Below, one piece after another: positions 60,251-64,000 of a stretch of 64,000 bases of DNA. A program made the translations under genes and the position numbers. The stretch covers positions 19,902,001-19,966,000 of the forward strand of contig JBHGNT010000001.1 in the NCBI GenBank assembly GCA_043228905.1, in the 5' to 3' direction. The DNA comes from Azolla caroliniana (taxonomy: Eukaryota > Plantae > Polypodiophyta). Below the pieces are notes generated by a model. It was not told where the DNA came from. It worked only from the letters and a program-made list of their open reading frames with translations, and searched no databases. Each line of letters opens with the position of its first letter. Position 1 is the stretch's first letter.

Positions 60251-63200
60251 TGAGTGAGTGATGATAAGAAAGATATTTATTATATGAAGAGAATATACAA
60301 TGGTGGCTAAAAGGCTTAAGACTGGCGTTGAACCAATTTGGTTCAACATAATGCCTAGTGCCCTCTTTTATAGTGTTTTCAGGAGTAATCCTAAAGCTTC
60401 TAGAATGTTCCAGAGAAATCTAGAATATACACTAATTTCCTATAATAAAATGTAAATGAAAATAATATCCTACGTATTACAATAGATGGTTCAATGGTCA
60501 AGAGCTTGACCCATATAACCTAAGGTCATGGGTTCGAGTCTTGCCATATCATGACAGCCACCATCATCCATCAAGACAAAATGGCCAAAGTGCTCTTAGC
60601 ACAAATGAAAATGAGGGACTCAAGGTGCTTATATAGCCAGGGCCTTAAGTTTCCTTTCTATGTGGGATAAATAATAATTCTATTTTCCTTATCTTCTCAA
60701 ACATCCATCTTCTATAACATGCCATTAAGCTAATATAAAGTACTTATTTTATTATTTATTATTATTTATTATTATTTTTTACATAGTGTGAGAAGATTCA
60801 CATGACACTAGAAGATCAACACACTATACTTGATGAATGCCCGAATATGTCGGGAAGAAGTGAACGTAGCATCCGACACTACCGATGAGTTGTGGCACAA
60901 AAGACTATGTCACATGAGTGAGAAGGGGATGAAGAGGCTCACCAAAGACAACCTCATTTCGGTGAAGGATGTGCAACTTGAGAAGTGCACCGATTTCTTG
61001 GCCGTTAAGCAAAACTGAACCTCCTTCCGGTCAAGACCACTGATGAGACGAAATGCACCACTGGAGCTGGTGCATATCGATGTGTGTCAAGTGGACATGA
61101 AGTCACATGCCAGATCGCAGTACTTCGTGACTTTCATAGATGACCACAGCCGGAAGTTGTGGGTCTCACCATTGAAGACGAAGGAACAGGTGATATCCGT
61201 CTTCAAGGAGCTCCACGCGAGAGTGGAAAGAGAAACCAGTCGGAAGCTGAAGGCTGTTCGAGTAGATAACGAAGGAGAATACCAGGGGCAGTTCGAGGAG
61301 CACTGCCGATCGAAGGGAATCTAGCTCGAGTTTACTGTGCTGAAGACGCCGAAACTAAACGGGTTGGCCGAAAGGATAAACCGGACCATAATGGAGAGAG
61401 TTCGGAGCATGCTAGCGCATGCAAAGTTACCCAAGACGTTTTGGGTTGAGGCGCTGACGATGGAGACCTATGTAATAAATAGATCACCCTTAGCACCCTT
61501 GGAAGGAGACTCACTTGAGAAAGTATGGACCGGTAAAGATGTATCTTACCGGCATCAGGTGTCTCACATATGTGCATGTTTCAAAGGACAAGAGAGCAAA
61601 GCTAAATCCGAAGTCCAGGCCATGCATAATCCTTGGATACGGTGATGATGAGTTCGGTTACCGAGGGTGGGATCTGGTCGAGAAGAAGGTGTTCTGAAGT
61701 TGGGACATAGTCTTCATGGAAGACAGGACCATTGCCGACTGGGAGTCTGAGAAGAAGGTGATGAACTCCGGATCATTCAATGAAAACTGGCTTGAGGACA
61801 CAAGGACTTACCCGGTTGAAAACTGGACGCTAGCCGGTAACCGGATGACACTCAACGAACCGGCCGGATATGGACAGGAAACCGAACCGACCGAAGAAGA
61901 AGAAGAAGAATAAGAAGAAGAAGACATCGGAACCGGACAAGATCCTGAATCGGATGAGGATGAGGAACAAACAGAGGAATCAGCAGTCAGAAACTAAGGA
62001 CGGAGATATCCTCTCCGAGAGAGAAGAGCCCTCCGGAGATTTCCGAATGCAGAGCATGTGTTGCTAACCGATGAGGGGGAGCCGGAAAGCTTCGAAGAAG
62101 CAAAGAGAGACACCCATAGCCGCAAGTGGTTAAGTGCCATGCAGGATGAGATGGATTCCTTGCATGAGAACCACACATATGAACTAACGGAGTTGCCGAA
62201 AGGGAAGAGAGCACTCCGAAACAAGTGGGTGTACAAGTTGAAACCAAGACATGCCGTAAATCCACCCAAATTATGGTGAAGGGCTTCCAACAGAAGAAAG
62301 GAGTGGAGTTCGATGAGATCTTTGCCCTAATAGTAAAGATGACATCCATCCGGATGGTATTGGGCTTAGTGGCAAGCATGGACCTCGAGGTAGAGAAACT
62401 GGATGTCAAGACGGCATTCCTACATGGTGACCTCAAAGAAGAGATCTACATGTATCAACCAGAAGGATTTGAGAGGAAAGGGAAGGAGCACCTGGTGTGC
62501 CGGCTGAAGAAGAGCTTATACGGACTGAAGCAAGCACCCCGACAATGGTACCGTAAGTTCGACTCCTTCATGACCGACCAAGGGTACCACAAGACGCGGG
62601 TCGATCATTGCGTGTTTGTGAAGAAATTTGATGGAGGAGATTTCCTGATACTCCTCCTATATGTGGATGATATGTTGATCGTCGGACGAGACCAAGGCAA
62701 GATTTGGATGTTGAAGAAGGCTCTAAACTGGACCTTCTCAATGAAAGACTTGGGGTCGGCAAGCCAGATATTGGGAATGCACATCATCTGGGACCGGTCG
62801 AAGAAGCTGTTGTGGTTGTCACAGGAGAAGTATGTGACAAAGGTGCTTCAACGGTTCAACATGTCGGAGGCGAAACCGGTCAGATCGACACTTCTGGAAA
62901 ACTGCAAACTATCCAGAAAACAAAGTCCGAGGACAAAGGCGGAGAAGACGGATATGATGAAGATCCCATATGCCTCTACCGTCGGGAGCTTGATGTACGC
63001 GATGGTATGTACCCAGCCGGATATCGGATATGCAGTCGGAGTGGTGAGCCGGTTCATGAACAATCTCAAAAGAGAGCACTGGAACGTGATCAAGTGGATA
63101 CTCGAGTATGTGCCTTTGGTTTCGCTCTGGAAAACCCCAACTCGATGGTTTCACGGATTTGGATATGTCGGTTGATGCAGATACTAGCCCGTCGACATCC

Positions 63201-63625
63201 AGATATGTCATGACTTATGCAGGGGGAGTTGTTTTGTGGCAGTCGAGGTTGCAGAAGACGGTTGCATTGTCAACCATGGAGGTGGAGTACATGGCAGTTG
63301 TACAAGCTGGCAAGGAGATAATCTAGATGAAGGACTTCATCGGAGAGCTAGGGATCCAACATGAGAAATACCAGCTCTACTGCGATAGTCAAAGCGCCAT
63401 CCACCTTGCAAAGAACACAACCTACCATTCCCGGACAAACATATCCAACGGAAGTACCACTGGATCTGGGAGAGAGAGAAGATCAAGAGTTCGTGCTGGC
63501 GAAGATTCACGCGGAGGAGAACGGGTCGGATATGCTAACCAAGGTGTTGATGACCGACAAGTTGGATGCGTACCACGAGCGAATCGGGCTGACGAGACAT
63601 CCCATGCCGGAGTGAAGGGGGAGAT

Positions 63626-64000
63626 TGTTGGGAAATCGGTCCCTCCAGATGGGACCCGATGATGAATGAAGAGGACCCGGCGAGAACAGGAAGAGATCCG
63701 GAAACCAGAGGAGAACCGGTGAGAACCGGAAGAGAGACATATCTGTTAATATGATTTGAGCAAGCCTATTGAGGCTATATTTGTAAATAGCCCTAAGGTC
63801 ATATAAGTATAAATATGACTTAGGGCAATCACAATATGTGTTTGTTGTTATTGTTGTTGTTATATTGTTGTATAGAGATAGAGCGACAAAGAGAGAGTGT
63901 GAGATAAAATGAAATACTCTGTTGTAACCGCCGGTTGGTGAAGAAACATAGCTAGAGGTCGTTGCCTCCAAGTCTCTGATTGTACTCTATTTTTCTTCAT
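63626..64000 (+). repeat. 3' LTR of copia B copy 3 (partial)
   Basis: Direct repeat of 47385-47760, preceded by the PPT. Confidence 0.92.

Larger units (their letters stand above)
54940..60556 (-). mobile_element. Ty3/gypsy chromovirus copy 2 (Tcn1/Tf1-sushi type), full length, few disabling mutations
   Basis: LTRs 54940-55353 and 60115-60556; TSD GCCAC; PPT 55354-55366; self-priming PBS 60101-60112. Confidence 0.97.
53958..60807 (-). repeat. Probable long solo LTR (about 1.2 kb without the nested chromovirus)
   Basis: Termini tgtcgcg...catgaca; exact 4-bp TSD CTAG (53954-53957, 60808-60811); reverse TATA near 60630; non-coding. Confidence 0.7.
47385..64000 (+). mobile_element. Copia family B copy 3, decayed and multiply interrupted; 3' LTR runs off the window
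   Basis: 5' LTR part 47385-47763; gag/PR 52827-53957; INT/RT/RH 60812-63615; PPT 63614-63624; 3' LTR from 63626. Confidence 0.9.

Overview
The window is 64 kb of eukaryotic, almost certainly land-plant (moss/bryophyte-like) heterochromatin. I found no host gene. It is a nest of LTR retrotransposons up to five layers deep. Contents: (A) at least six mostly decayed copies of one Ty1/copia family (gag starts MDKGMASSLPxEKLDRSNYASWSYKMHQYLLGHG; iMet PBS; Bryco/RLC5-like by inference). (B) A Tnt1/Tork-like copia family with one intact, very young copy (36577-41897; single 1357-aa ORF; LTRs differ at 5 sites; TSD AAAGG) plus decayed copies. (C) Two remnants of a second Tork-like family. (D) Two full-length Tcn1/Tf1-type chromoviruses (9764-15621 +, 54940-60556 -). 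(E) Several non-chromovirus Ty3/gypsy remnants and solo LTRs. Strongest signals read from the sequence: tRNA-independent self-priming in the chromoviruses with an extra U3/R palindrome; a conserved -1 frameshift cassette (G_TTA_AAC plus an 11-bp stem); a ~170-aa charged extension after RNase H in family A, bracketed by two PPT copies; two family A insertions about 4 bp apart in two family C copies; and an apparent capsid swap in family B. Family names and organism are inferred by eye, with no database search.
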